Positions 47,369 through 56,961 of a stretch of DNA of 64,000 nt are shown here, one piece after another (the first letter of the stretch is position 1; the number at the start of each line of letters is the position of its first letter). The notes beneath the pieces are model-generated. The model had not been told where the DNA came from. It worked only from the letters and a program-made list of their open reading frames with translations, and made no database searches. This DNA is from Terriglobia bacterium (GTDB taxonomy: Bacteria > Acidobacteriota > Terriglobia > 20CM-2-55-15), in assembly GCA_965198225.1 (NCBI GenBank), contig CBDAOY010000006.1, positions 800,001 to 864,000 of the forward strand. The letters are read 5' to 3'. Made by a program: the position numbers and the translations under genes.

Positions 47369-48250
47369 ATGCCACACAGGCTCCTCCCGATAGTTCTTGC
47401 TCTGGTTCTCCCCACGTTTCTCTGCGCACAGGACGGGCCGAAGAAGATCTTCATTTCTGTCGACATGGAGGGCATCACCGGCGTCGTCAGTTCCCAGCAA
47501 AGCGGATCAAGCGGGCGCGACTACCCCACGTTCCGCCGGATCATGACTGAGGAGGTGAATGCCGCCATCGGAGCCGCGCTACGGATGGGAGCGGAAACGA
47601 TCCTTGTTTGCGACGCTCATGGCAACAAGCAGAACATCCTGCCGGAGTTGCTCCATCCCGCGGCCCGCCTCGTCCGGGGAGATCCCCGGCCCCTGGGCAT
47701 GATGCAGGGCCTGGATGAAACGTTCGATGCCGCGATGTTCATCGGGTACCACGCTTGGGCCGGAACGTCCGATGCCGTCCTCGATCACACGATGAACGGT
47801 CGAATCCACGATCTGAGGCTGGATGGCAACCAGATGTCGGAAGGCACGTTCAACGCAGCTCTCGCCGGGTCACTTGGAGTGCCCGTGATTTTCGTTTCCG
47901 GCGACCGTGCGGCGGTGGAACAGATTCGGGAGTTTGTCGGGGATGTCGAGTCGGCCATCGTCAAAGAGGGCGTCGAACAGGCGACGATTTCCGTGTCTCC
48001 CCGCAGAGCGCTCGAGATGATCGACGAGTCGGTCGAACGGGCCATGCGCCGCTATTCGGATTTCAGACCCTATTCTGCCAGCACTCCTCACAGCGTCGAA
48101 ATCGATTTCTCGACGGAAGCCCAGGCCGGGATGGCGTCATGGGTTCCGTCGGTAAGCCGCGTGAATCCGCGCTCGATCCGGTTCACCGCAGACGACATGC
48201 TGGATGCGATGAGGATGACACGGCTGCTGGCGATCTACGTGAGCCCCTGA
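47369..48250 (+). CDS. M55 family D-aminopeptidase (DppA-like) with signal peptide
   Basis: ISVDMEG, CDAHG, IGYHA, LDHT, SE, VSGD. Confidence 0.9.
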   Translation: MPHRLLPIVLALVLPTFLCAQDGPKKIFISVDMEGITGVVSSQQSGSSGRDYPTFRRIMTEEVNAAIGAALRMGAETILVCDAHGNKQNILPELLHPAARLVRGDPRPLGMMQGLDETFDAAMFIGYHAWAGTSDAVLDHTMNGRIHDLRLDGNQMSEGTFNAALAGSLGVPVIFVSGDRAAVEQIREFVGDVESAIVKEGVEQATISVSPRRALEMIDESVERAMRRYSDFRPYSASTPHSVEIDFSTEAQAGMASWVPSVSRVNPRSIRFTADDMLDAMRMTRLLAIYVSP

Positions 48251-48285
48251 GCGCGGGGAGAGCGCGGTCATAGACGCACGATTGT

Positions 48286-50685
48286 CTATTCCCTCGGGTT
48301 GTGCGTGTACACCAACGACATGATCCGCCATTCTCCGTCCTTCTTCACCAGGTGGAAAGCATCGACGCCGTCGGCGACGTAGTCGCCGACCGTCACGGTG
48401 TAGCGGGTCCAGACCGCGGCGATGTTGTCGTCGATCTGGATCATCGGGTTCGACATCTCTTCGTTGATCCGGCCTTCGCCGTCGGCCAGGCCCTCGGCCC
48501 ACTCCTCGACCAGGATGAAGTCCTGGTTGCGGCCGTCGTCCCCCTCCCGGTCGGAAACCAGCATGGCGCCGGGCCAGAACAGGGTCTTCATGCCCTCGCC
48601 GTCACGTTCGGCCAGGTAATCGAAGACACCTTGGACGACGTCGAGTACCTGTTCGCGGTCGGTCCGGGTGTCGGCCACCTCGGTTCCCAGAACGTTCTCC
48701 GAGAAGAACGCATACTCCCTGCGCATTTTGTCGAGTTGATGCCGGGGCTCGCGGAGCCCGTGCGGTTCCCTGGGATACCAGACCATTTGTACCGGCACGT
48801 CGTTCTTTTTCAGCCCCATGTAGAGCTCCTGAGCCTGGCTCTTGGGCACGCGTTGGTCCTGCTCACCGTGCATGATCAGTGTCGGTGTCTTCGCCTGTTT
48901 GATGAAGGTCATTGCCGAGGCCTTTCGGTACTCCGCCTCATCATCGAACGGCGTGTCCCCAAAATAGCCTTCCAGTAACCGCTGCAGGTCGTTCGTCGAG
49001 TACATGCTGAACATGTTCGTCAGGCCGGCGCCGACCATCACGGCCTTGAATCGGTCGGTCTGCGTCAGCGTCCAGGCTGTCATGTAGCCACCGTAGCTCC
49101 ACCCGGTCTGGCCCATGCGGTCGGAATCGACGACACCTCGCCGGATCAGTTCATCCAGCCCGGACTGTACATCTTCGTAGTCCCCACCACCCCAGTCCTT
49201 GAGGTTTGACATCTGGAACTCTTCACCGTAGCTGGAACTGCCGCGTGGATTCGGCAGCAGCGTGACCCAGTCGTTGCCTGCCCACACATGAGCGTAGTTG
49301 CCCCAACGCCCTGGGAAGCTCTGGGTCCACACGCCGGACGGGCCGCCGTGAACGTTCATCAATACGGGGTATGTCTTTTCCGGATCGTAGTCGACGGGGT
49401 AGATGATTACCCCTTCGATCTCGCGCCCGTCTTTGCTCCTCCAGCGAATGACTTCGCTCTCACCCATGGCGATGTCCTCGAGCTGCGGGTTGTGGTCTGT
49501 CACCCTGGCCGGGTCGAAACTGGGTAGAGAAGCCACGAACACATCATTGGGGTGCTGCACGTCGGTTCGAGCGAAGGCGAACGTCTTGCCGTCAGCCGAC
49601 ACCGAATAGCCGGAGACGACCCCGGCATGGTCGGTGACCTGGGTGACATCGCCGCCGGATGCAGGCGCCCTGAAGATCTGGCGTGTCGTGCCCTGCCCGG
49701 CCTGGAAGTACATCGTGTCGCCGTCAGCCGAGAAACGGATATTGTTTACCGGTCTATCGAAGTCCGGTACCAGCGATCGGGGTTGGCCCCCCCCTTCGGG
49801 GATGGCATGGAGCCGCGAGAACCCCACCGGTCCTTGGCTCGCCGGGCGGGTGCTGAAGAGGATCGTCCCGCCGTCGGCGGACCATACCGGCCCGGTATCG
49901 GAACCTTCGTTCTCATACAGCTTTCGCGGCGTACCGGAGCCGTCTGCGCGCGCCACGTAGATGTCGCTGAGGCTGCTGTCGTCGGCCCTTGGCGTCGGAC
50001 GCCGGGAATACGCGATCTGCGTTCCGTCGGGCGACCATGCCGGTTGGCCCACGACGAAATCGCCCCGTACGATTTCTTCCGGGCGTCTCGACTCGATATC
50101 AATGACGTGGAGGCTCGAGTAACGAAAGTCTTCGTCGATGACCTTTGCGTCGTCGCGGTCCCTCCGCTTCTTTTCCTCTTCGTCGGTGAACGGAACCTGC
50201 GCTGTGTAAACGATCCGGGTCGAATCACCGGACCAGGCGAAGCCTCCGGCGCCGGACTTCGAGTCCGTCAGCTTCATCGCCTCTCCGCCATGAGGCGAGA
50301 TCAGGTAGATCTGCGGGCGGTTGCGGTCTTCGATGTCGCCGCCGGTCGGAGTCCCCCGATCCGTCTCCCGGTTCGAGATGAATGCGATCCACTTGCCGTC
50401 CGGGGACCATCGGGGCCTCCGGTCATTATCGCCGGAGGTAAACCGGCGCGCGTTGGTTCCGTCTGCGGAGACGAGCCAGATTTCCGAACGCGTCTCGTTG
50501 TCGTCCATGACCGCGTACGAAAGTGTGTAGACGATGCTCTTACCGTCTGGCGATATCTGCGGTGAGCCGACGTTCTTTGTCTCCATGACGTCTTCGAACG
50601 TCATCGGCCGTTTGTCCTGGGCCACACCGAACACGGTGGCCAGCAGAATCACTGAAGTTGCCAAAGCCGCAGTACGCCTTTTCAT
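48286..50685 (-). CDS. Secreted S9 family peptidase (acylaminoacyl-peptidase-like) fused to a C-terminal NTF2-like domain
   Basis: WSPDG/PD40 repeats, VHGGP, NPRGS, GWSYGG, DQRV, EPHG. Extra ~125 aa ending GVDAFHLVKKDGEWRI. Confidence 0.9.
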   Translation of the reverse strand: MKRRTAALATSVILLATVFGVAQDKRPMTFEDVMETKNVGSPQISPDGKSIVYTLSYAVMDDNETRSEIWLVSADGTNARRFTSGDNDRRPRWSPDGKWIAFISNRETDRGTPTGGDIEDRNRPQIYLISPHGGEAMKLTDSKSGAGGFAWSGDSTRIVYTAQVPFTDEEEKKRRDRDDAKVIDEDFRYSSLHVIDIESRRPEEIVRGDFVVGQPAWSPDGTQIAYSRRPTPRADDSSLSDIYVARADGSGTPRKLYENEGSDTGPVWSADGGTILFSTRPASQGPVGFSRLHAIPEGGGQPRSLVPDFDRPVNNIRFSADGDTMYFQAGQGTTRQIFRAPASGGDVTQVTDHAGVVSGYSVSADGKTFAFARTDVQHPNDVFVASLPSFDPARVTDHNPQLEDIAMGESEVIRWRSKDGREIEGVIIYPVDYDPEKTYPVLMNVHGGPSGVWTQSFPGRWGNYAHVWAGNDWVTLLPNPRGSSSYGEEFQMSNLKDWGGGDYEDVQSGLDELIRRGVVDSDRMGQTGWSYGGYMTAWTLTQTDRFKAVMVGAGLTNMFSMYSTNDLQRLLEGYFGDTPFDDEAEYRKASAMTFIKQAKTPTLIMHGEQDQRVPKSQAQELYMGLKKNDVPVQMVWYPREPHGLREPRHQLDKMRREYAFFSENVLGTEVADTRTDREQVLDVVQGVFDYLAERDGEGMKTLFWPGAMLVSDREGDDGRNQDFILVEEWAEGLADGEGRINEEMSNPMIQIDDNIAAVWTRYTVTVGDYVADGVDAFHLVKKDGEWRIMSLVYTHNPRE

Positions 50686-50719
50686 GATTCCTGTCTCCTC
50701 TTTGTGGGTCCGATTTCAA

Positions 50720-51208
50720 TCAATCTTCGGACTCGGCTTCGGGGCCCACGAGTCGGGTCTGAACGTTGATCTCCGACTTCAAAGTCCTGTGAACCGGGCA
50801 CTTGTTGGCAATCTCCAACAGCCGGTCTCGTTGCTCGTCGCTAAGTGGCCCTCCGAGTTCGATCGCCCGTTCTATCCGGTCGACTTTCCCCTCTTTCGTC
50901 TCGCAATCGTCGCAGTCGCCCGCGTGTATCTTTCCATGCCGGAGCACGACCGTGATGCTCTCCAGGGGCCATTGCTTGCGCTTGGCGTACATCGTCAGGG
51001 TTATCGATGTGCACGCTCCGAGTGCTGACGCGAGGAGGTCATAGGGCGTGGGGCCGGAGTCGGTTCCTTCAGGCGCGGGTTCGTCGGCTGTCAGTCGGTG
51101 CGAACCCACGATAATCTGGTTCGCCAAGCCGGCGCCTTCGCGCCGCACCATCACGATTCCGGGGTCACTGGTGGTCACCTGTTGTCGGTTCTCGTCCACT
51201 TTGCTCAT
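50720..51208 (-). CDS. OsmC family protein
   Basis: ADEP...[16 protein letters not shown]...KCPVHRTL. Confidence 0.9.
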   Translation of the reverse strand: MSKVDENRQQVTTSDPGIVMVRREGAGLANQIIVGSHRLTADEPAPEGTDSGPTPYDLLASALGACTSITLTMYAKRKQWPLESITVVLRHGKIHAGDCDDCETKEGKVDRIERAIELGGPLSDEQRDRLLEIANKCPVHRTLKSEINVQTRLVGPEAESED

Positions 51209-51441
51209 CGACACTCCTCCATTGAGGCACGAATTCTGGGGGCCTGGCGTTGGACGATCTTATACCAGATGGATCGACTCTAAACACAAGAAATCAGAGC
51301 GTCAGGGCTCTCCCGATGCACGCGCCAGATACCCATCGGGCGGGTGATATAATTGGCGCGTCGGCTCGCGGGAAACAGTTGGCCGATCGGTCCCCTTGAG
51401 GTGATCGGGAGCTGATGATCAGTCGTTCCGGAGGACACGCG

Positions 51442-52350
51442 ATGAGAAACCTTTCCTGGCTCGCCATCTTCTGCCTGGCCTTCGCCCTGCTGATGTTCGG
51501 AACCGGCACCGGACGAACGTTCGGCCAGTCGGAGGAGTCCTACCGATTGGTGGGTGAGTGGGCCGCGTTTCCGGAGGGCATCGAATTCGGTCCCGTAGCA
51601 TCGATCGCCCATGCGGCAGACGGCACCCTACACGTCCTCCGGCGTGGGGAGCCCGCTTTCTTCACGCTTGACCGGAGCGGAAAGTACCTCCGTGCTTGGG
51701 GCGAGCAGCTCTTCGAATGGTCTCACGGGCTTCGAGTCGACCGTAACGGCTTCATCTGGGCGACGGACGGCCGGGCGCACGAGGTGATGAAGTTCTCGCC
51801 AGCCGGCAAGCGGCTCATGACGCTTGGTAAGAGAGGCGTTGCGGGTGATGGCCCCGATACGTTCAACCGGCCGACCGATGTCGTCGTGGCGGAAAACGGC
51901 GACTTCTTCGTGACGGACGGCTACGGCAACTCGCGGGTGGTCAAGTTCGATCGGAACGGGAAGTACATCAAGACCTGGGGGACGAAGGGAACCGCCCCCG
52001 GACAGTTCAACCTGCCGCACACCCTCGTCATGGACTCGCGTGGGCGCCTGCTCGTCGGCGACCGCGAAAACCACCGGATCCAGGTTTTCGACCAGGACGG
52101 AAACTTTCTCGAACAATGGACCAGTCTGGGTGCCCCCTACGGGCTTTACATCACGCCGGACGACACGTTGTTCATGGTGGAAGGGGAGGTCGACGACCTT
52201 TTGATAGTCGACGGACTGACCGGCCGCCTGCGGGAGCGGATCGACGGTCTGGACAACTCTCACTGGGTGTCGGTGGACCCGGACGGCAACGTCTATGTCG
52301 CCGAAGTGCGCCCGGGCATGAGCATCAAGAAGTTCGTTCCGAATCGCTGA
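51442..52350 (+). CDS. Secreted NHL-repeat protein (peptidyl-alpha-hydroxyglycine lyase-like)
   Basis: Signal peptide; HGLRVD, FNRPTDV, DGYGNSRV, FNLPH, DRENHRIQVF. Confidence 0.85.
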   Translation: MRNLSWLAIFCLAFALLMFGTGTGRTFGQSEESYRLVGEWAAFPEGIEFGPVASIAHAADGTLHVLRRGEPAFFTLDRSGKYLRAWGEQLFEWSHGLRVDRNGFIWATDGRAHEVMKFSPAGKRLMTLGKRGVAGDGPDTFNRPTDVVVAENGDFFVTDGYGNSRVVKFDRNGKYIKTWGTKGTAPGQFNLPHTLVMDSRGRLLVGDRENHRIQVFDQDGNFLEQWTSLGAPYGLYITPDDTLFMVEGEVDDLLIVDGLTGRLRERIDGLDNSHWVSVDPDGNVYVAEVRPGMSIKKFVPNR

Positions 52351-52411
52351 ATCGCGTCCCGCGAGCCCTGTCCTTACAGTTACCGCATCTCCGTTCGACT
52401 ACTGACTACTC

Positions 52412-52843
52412 TCACACATATCCCATCTTTTCCGTCAGAGGCATCTTGCTCCGGCTGAAGACACCAGAGCCGCGAGCGATTTCCTTGCCGGTGTCCGCCG
52501 TGACGATGGCGTCGGCGAAGAACACGGTCTTGGAAGCGTGGACGAGGGTCCCGACCGAGTGCAACTTGCCTTCGGAGACCGGGCGGATCAAGTGGACGTT
52601 GAACGATACGGTCAGGACGAAGACTTCGGGGACGACGGAACTCACGGCGAAGAAAGCGGCGTCGTCGAGCAGCTTGAAATAGTAAGCGCCGTGCACAGCG
52701 TTTGCAGAATGGAACAGGTGTTCCTGCACCGGCATTCGGATCTCCGCCGTGCCCTCTCCGATGACGATACTCGGCGAGAGGCTGCGGTTGCACGGGGCTT
52801 CGCCGTACATCCGTTCCAGCTTTCGAAAGTGCTCGTCCGCCAT
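52412..52843 (-). CDS. PaaI family (hotdog-fold) thioesterase
   Basis: VHGAYYFKLLDDAAFFA motif. Confidence 0.85.
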   Translation of the reverse strand: MADEHFRKLERMYGEAPCNRSLSPSIVIGEGTAEIRMPVQEHLFHSANAVHGAYYFKLLDDAAFFAVSSVVPEVFVLTVSFNVHLIRPVSEGKLHSVGTLVHASKTVFFADAIVTADTGKEIARGSGVFSRSKMPLTEKMGYV

Positions 52844-52907
52844 CGCGGCGGGAATGTTACCATAGCCGTCATCCTGGTTTCGGCTACCGAAAAGGGAGGG
52901 CAAGGTC

Positions 52908-54263
52908 GTGGCGGAGAGAGGTCACTGGGGATCGAAACTCGGGTTCGTCCTCGCGGCGGCAGGGTCCGCGATCGGACTCGGCAACATCTGGAAGTTTCCC
53001 TACATAACTGGAGAAAACGGAGGAGGCGCGTTCGTCCTCATCTACCTCGTCTGCATCGCGCTGGTGGGCCTGCCCGTGATGACCGCAGAGATTCTGCTGG
53101 GTCGGTCGACGCAGAGATCCCCGGTCGGCGCCTTCAGGAAACTCTCCGACGGCCGGGGCGGCTGGGTTGCTTTCGGATGGCTGGGAGTCGTCGCCGCATT
53201 TGTCATCCTTTCCTACTACAGCATCGTTGCCGGTTGGGCCCTGCATTACAGCTACCTTTCGATAACCGGGCAGATCGTTGGTTTGGGCCCTGAGGGAGTC
53301 GGGCCCGCTTTTGGCGCGCTTTTCGCCTCGAACGGGCTGAACCTGTTCTGGCACGCCATCTTCATGACCGTCACGATCGGAGTGGTGGTCGGCGGTGTCA
53401 GCAAAGGGTTGGAAAGGGCGGCTCGGATCCTGATGCCGGCCCTGTTCGTCCTGATGATCATCCTGCTGGTGAACTCCTTCACGCTCGACGGGTTTGGCCG
53501 TGCCCTGGATTTCGTCTTCGGTTTCCACACCGAGCAGTTGACCGCGGCGGGAGTCCTCGAAGCCCTCGGGCACGCGTTCTTCACGCTGAGCCTCGGGATG
53601 GGTGCGATGCTGACCTACGGGAGCTATCTCCATCGGGACGACGACATCATGTCGGCCTCGATCACGATCTCGGTACTCGACACGGTGATCGCCTTGACCG
53701 CATCGATGATTCTCTTCCCGATCATCTTTACGTTCGGCATGGAGCCGGGGCAAGGTCCCGGCCTCGTGTTTGTCAGCGTGCCGATCGCGTTGAGTCAGCT
53801 TCCCGCAGGCGGGTTCCTGTCTTTCGTCTTCTTCGCGTTGCTGGTCTTTGCCGCCCTTACAAGTTCGATCTCGATGCTCGAGGTGGTCACCTCCTACATG
53901 ATCGACGAAAAGGGTTGGCTGCGATCTCGTGCCACCCTCGTTTCGGGAGCGATCATCGCCGTAATTGGCATCCCCTCGGCCCTGAGCGGCGGAACGGCCC
54001 TGTTCGGGTCCAGTTTCGCGGATGTCTTCGGCCGAAACTGGTTCGATACGTTCGATTACCTGGTGTCGAACTGGATGCTGCCACTGGGTGGGCTCGGGAT
54101 CGCACTGTTCACCGCGTGGCGTGTCGACGACGCGATCCGGCACCGGGAATTCCTGAACGGCACGAAGCTAGCCTTCTTCTACCAGGCCTGGTTGTTGCTG
54201 CTGAAGTTCGTCGTTCCGTTCGCGATCGCGCTCGTGTTTCTGCGCGCGATAGGGGTGATTTAG
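52908..54263 (+). CDS. Sodium-dependent transporter, NSS/SNF family
   Basis: GSAIGLGNIWKFPY..GENGGGAF, FFTLSLG, GPGLVF. Confidence 0.93.
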   Translation: MAERGHWGSKLGFVLAAAGSAIGLGNIWKFPYITGENGGGAFVLIYLVCIALVGLPVMTAEILLGRSTQRSPVGAFRKLSDGRGGWVAFGWLGVVAAFVILSYYSIVAGWALHYSYLSITGQIVGLGPEGVGPAFGALFASNGLNLFWHAIFMTVTIGVVVGGVSKGLERAARILMPALFVLMIILLVNSFTLDGFGRALDFVFGFHTEQLTAAGVLEALGHAFFTLSLGMGAMLTYGSYLHRDDDIMSASITISVLDTVIALTASMILFPIIFTFGMEPGQGPGLVFVSVPIALSQLPAGGFLSFVFFALLVFAALTSSISMLEVVTSYMIDEKGWLRSRATLVSGAIIAVIGIPSALSGGTALFGSSFADVFGRNWFDTFDYLVSNWMLPLGGLGIALFTAWRVDDAIRHREFLNGTKLAFFYQAWLLLLKFVVPFAIALVFLRAIGVI

Positions 54264-54270
54264 AAGCGCC

Positions 54271-54987
54271 ATGGATGAACAGGTCGCATTCGACATCGCC
54301 TGCGGCACGCGCATCCTTGCCTCCGAGGGTCTGTCGACGCTGGTCGCCGGACACCTGAGCGTCGATGTCGGCGGCGAAATGTACGTGAATCGTTTCGGGC
54401 CGTCGTTTGCGCAGGTTCGGCCCGAAGACATCATTCGCGTCGACTACGACGGGAACGTCGTCGAGGGAGAGGGATACACGAACGATACGATCCGACTCCA
54501 CGGCGTCCTGCACCGGATGGTTCCCGAAGCCCGGGCGCTGGTCCACACGCATCCGCCGTCTGTGGTGACTCTCAGCTCGTTCCGGCTCGTACCGGAGATT
54601 TATGACCAGGAGAGCTGTTTCCTGGCCGGTGACATCGCCATCTACGATGAAAACTACGAAGGTCTGGTGACGACTGAAGAACGTGTCAGCCCGATGGCGA
54701 GCGTACTCAGGAAGGCACGGAACCTCATCCTGCCGAACCACGGAGCGTTGACCTCCGGCGACAACATCCGCGTTGCGACCCTCCGCATGACCCTGTTGGA
54801 GCACCTCGCCAAGCGCTACCTGGCCGTACGGCAGACAGCGGCGACGCTGGACAGGAAACCTAAAGGAATCCCCGAGGAGGTGGCGATCGGGACCCGAAAG
54901 GAACTGGAGGGTCTGAAGGCCGAGGGACTGGTCTGGCAGGATTACATCAGCCGGCTTGGGTTGGCGAAACCCGGCGGTTTTGATTGA
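54271..54987 (+). CDS. Class II aldolase/adducin family protein
   Basis: GHLSV, LHGVLH, VHTHP, LPNHG. Confidence 0.88.
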   Translation: MDEQVAFDIACGTRILASEGLSTLVAGHLSVDVGGEMYVNRFGPSFAQVRPEDIIRVDYDGNVVEGEGYTNDTIRLHGVLHRMVPEARALVHTHPPSVVTLSSFRLVPEIYDQESCFLAGDIAIYDENYEGLVTTEERVSPMASVLRKARNLILPNHGALTSGDNIRVATLRMTLLEHLAKRYLAVRQTAATLDRKPKGIPEEVAIGTRKELEGLKAEGLVWQDYISRLGLAKPGGFD

Positions 54988-55000
54988 GCGTCGCGCTCGA

Positions 55001-55401
55001 GTGTAGGTGCGCTCTATGAGCGGAACCATCTATTAGCGTCGGGCCCACCGTCCCCCTCACGACGAAAGACTGAACGTTCACGGACCGAATTGCAGTGCGA
55101 GGGTTCGCTGAGAAAGACAGTTGGTCCGGTCCCCCCACGCCATCCCTGACCAGAACAGTGTGTGTCATAGGCCGCACCTACACCTATCGCGAATTGCTAT
55201 ATTTGAAAGAATCCACATCGTAGGTTGCGGATTGCAGATTGTTTCATTTCAGATTTCCGACCAATAAGAAATCGAGCAATTTGCAATCTCCAAATCTCCA
55301 ATGCGGAATCGTCCAATGACCAATCTGCAATAGCTGTCGGACGAGGTCCCAGCCACCTCGCTCGATCGAGTACAATGTGCGGTCATAGACCGCACCTACA
55401 C
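55001..55401. repeat. Cluster of three GTAG-type REPs (55001-55022, 55158-55183, 55377-55401) enclosing an AT-rich heptamer-like repeat (55185-55331)
   Basis: GTGTAGGTGCGCTCTATGAGCG; GTCATAGGCCGCACCTACAC; GTGCGGTCATAGACCGCACCTACAC. Lies between convergent genes. Confidence 0.8.
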
Positions 55402-56871
55402 CTACCCCTCTTTCGGCACCCAGCCGTAATAGTGGTTGTCGCGCATCAAGCCCCGATCGTTGTATGCGGCCTTGTAGCGTGACATGTAGTCGGTCGGGAT
55501 CGCGTTCCTTCGGGTGTCCACGTCGACTTTGAAAACCTTCGCGGCGTTGAGCCCGAAAATCTTCTCCTTGTCCTCGGCCGTGATTTCCGGGTATCCCCAT
55601 CGTTCCATCAACTGTTCGGGCATCCGGAACCGGTGCATGGCCTGGATGATCCACTGCGGTGAGCCCCACCAGAGACAGTCCGTACCCCAGATGATGTGGT
55701 CCGAACCGAACGACTTCATCAGGGAGCCGAGCATGTGGCCCATCATGATCGGGTCGCCGACGCACATTGCGAATACGCTTCCGATCTCGGGGTACACGTT
55801 GGTCATGCCGGGATTCGCGTCACGATCGGCACACAGGTCGCGCATCCATTCCAGTCCGCCGTGTTCTTCCGCGTCGGCCTTCACGTCGGTACCAGATGAA
55901 TTGAATCCGCGGTAGCCGTGGCGCATTCCCGAGTGATAGACGAGGAAGTTCATTCCCGGGAAGTCCAGGGCCGCCTGCTTGATGTCTCCGGGATGGGCAA
56001 ATGCTTCGTGCGGGCTGCTGTCGGAGAGCCCCTTGTGGACGCACGTGACGTCCATTCCGAGCTCCAGCGACTTCTCCCAGAACGGATAGGCCACGTCGGG
56101 ATCGTCGTAGCGCCAGGGATCGGTCGTCAGCGGGTTGTGCGTGTAGTGCTTCCAGCCGTCGATACGGAGTTCTCGCACTTCGCGCTCGATCTCCTCGGCA
56201 ACTTCGGCGAAGGTGGCGTGGTGGTTGGGCGCGATCTGCCCGTGGACCAGCACCCGCTGGGACCCGGCCATCTCGTTCACATGATCTCGTGCCTCGGCCG
56301 CCACGTCGACCGGTAGCAGATTCCGCCCGTGGGCTTGCCCCCAGTTGTTCCCGTCCTCCGGGGAGGGGATCCCGCTGATGAGCCCCATCGTCGTGTCGCT
56401 GTCGAAGAAGATTTCCCTGATAAAGGTTTCGAAATTGTAATCCTCGGCGGAGTTTCCGATGTCGGGCGCTCCGATGTCTTTCAGAAACTGAGCGTTGCGC
56501 AGGTTGGTCTTCATCCCGTCCTGGCAGAAGTGGTTCTGCGAGTCGATTATGAAAACGCCCTTCGGAAGCCTTTCGTCCGTCGCCGCCTGCTCGAAGACTT
56601 CGATCTCCGCCACGTCGTAGGCGGCAAAGCCGAGGTTCTTGTTCAGAGCCAGGAAGGCGCAGGCCAGGCCGCCGCTGGTTCTGAGAAACGTCCGACGATC
56701 CATCCCGAGTCGTCGAGAATACCTCTCCGCGTCTTCCAGGATGGTCTGTTCAACCTTCTTTTCGAATTCCGTCTGCGGGATCGGTGTAGTCTCTTCGTTC
56801 GAGATCATCTGGCAGGGAATCGGCAGCCTCCGATCCTGGTCCCGATCGCGCTTCAGCTTACGAGTCCACAT
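55402..56871 (-). CDS. Amidohydrolase family protein (TIM-barrel metal-dependent hydrolase)
   Basis: IIDSQNH, CVHKG, VYHSG, WGTDCLWWGSPQW, KIFGLNAA. GGAGG precedes ATG 56871. Confidence 0.85.
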   Translation of the reverse strand: MWTRKLKRDRDQDRRLPIPCQMISNEETTPIPQTEFEKKVEQTILEDAERYSRRLGMDRRTFLRTSGGLACAFLALNKNLGFAAYDVAEIEVFEQAATDERLPKGVFIIDSQNHFCQDGMKTNLRNAQFLKDIGAPDIGNSAEDYNFETFIREIFFDSDTTMGLISGIPSPEDGNNWGQAHGRNLLPVDVAAEARDHVNEMAGSQRVLVHGQIAPNHHATFAEVAEEIEREVRELRIDGWKHYTHNPLTTDPWRYDDPDVAYPFWEKSLELGMDVTCVHKGLSDSSPHEAFAHPGDIKQAALDFPGMNFLVYHSGMRHGYRGFNSSGTDVKADAEEHGGLEWMRDLCADRDANPGMTNVYPEIGSVFAMCVGDPIMMGHMLGSLMKSFGSDHIIWGTDCLWWGSPQWIIQAMHRFRMPEQLMERWGYPEITAEDKEKIFGLNAAKVFKVDVDTRRNAIPTDYMSRYKAAYNDRGLMRDNHYYGWVPKEG

Positions 56872-56961
56872 GGCAACCTCCGGCACTGGATTGTAGTGGC
56901 GAGTTCGAGGACGATATCACGAATAGGGACGCTTCACACGCCGTCTATAATGGACAGACCT

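Noticed and set aside
25961-55401. Palindromic repeats with variable spacers considered as CRISPR repeats
   Set aside because: They are dispersed inverted doublets, not tandem direct repeats with regular spacers, and there are no cas genes.
56640-56705. Twin-arginine-like motif (DRRTFLR) ~55 residues inside the amidohydrolase
   Set aside because: Not at the N-terminus given the RBS-supported start at 56871, and I cannot show it functions in export; likely a family feature.
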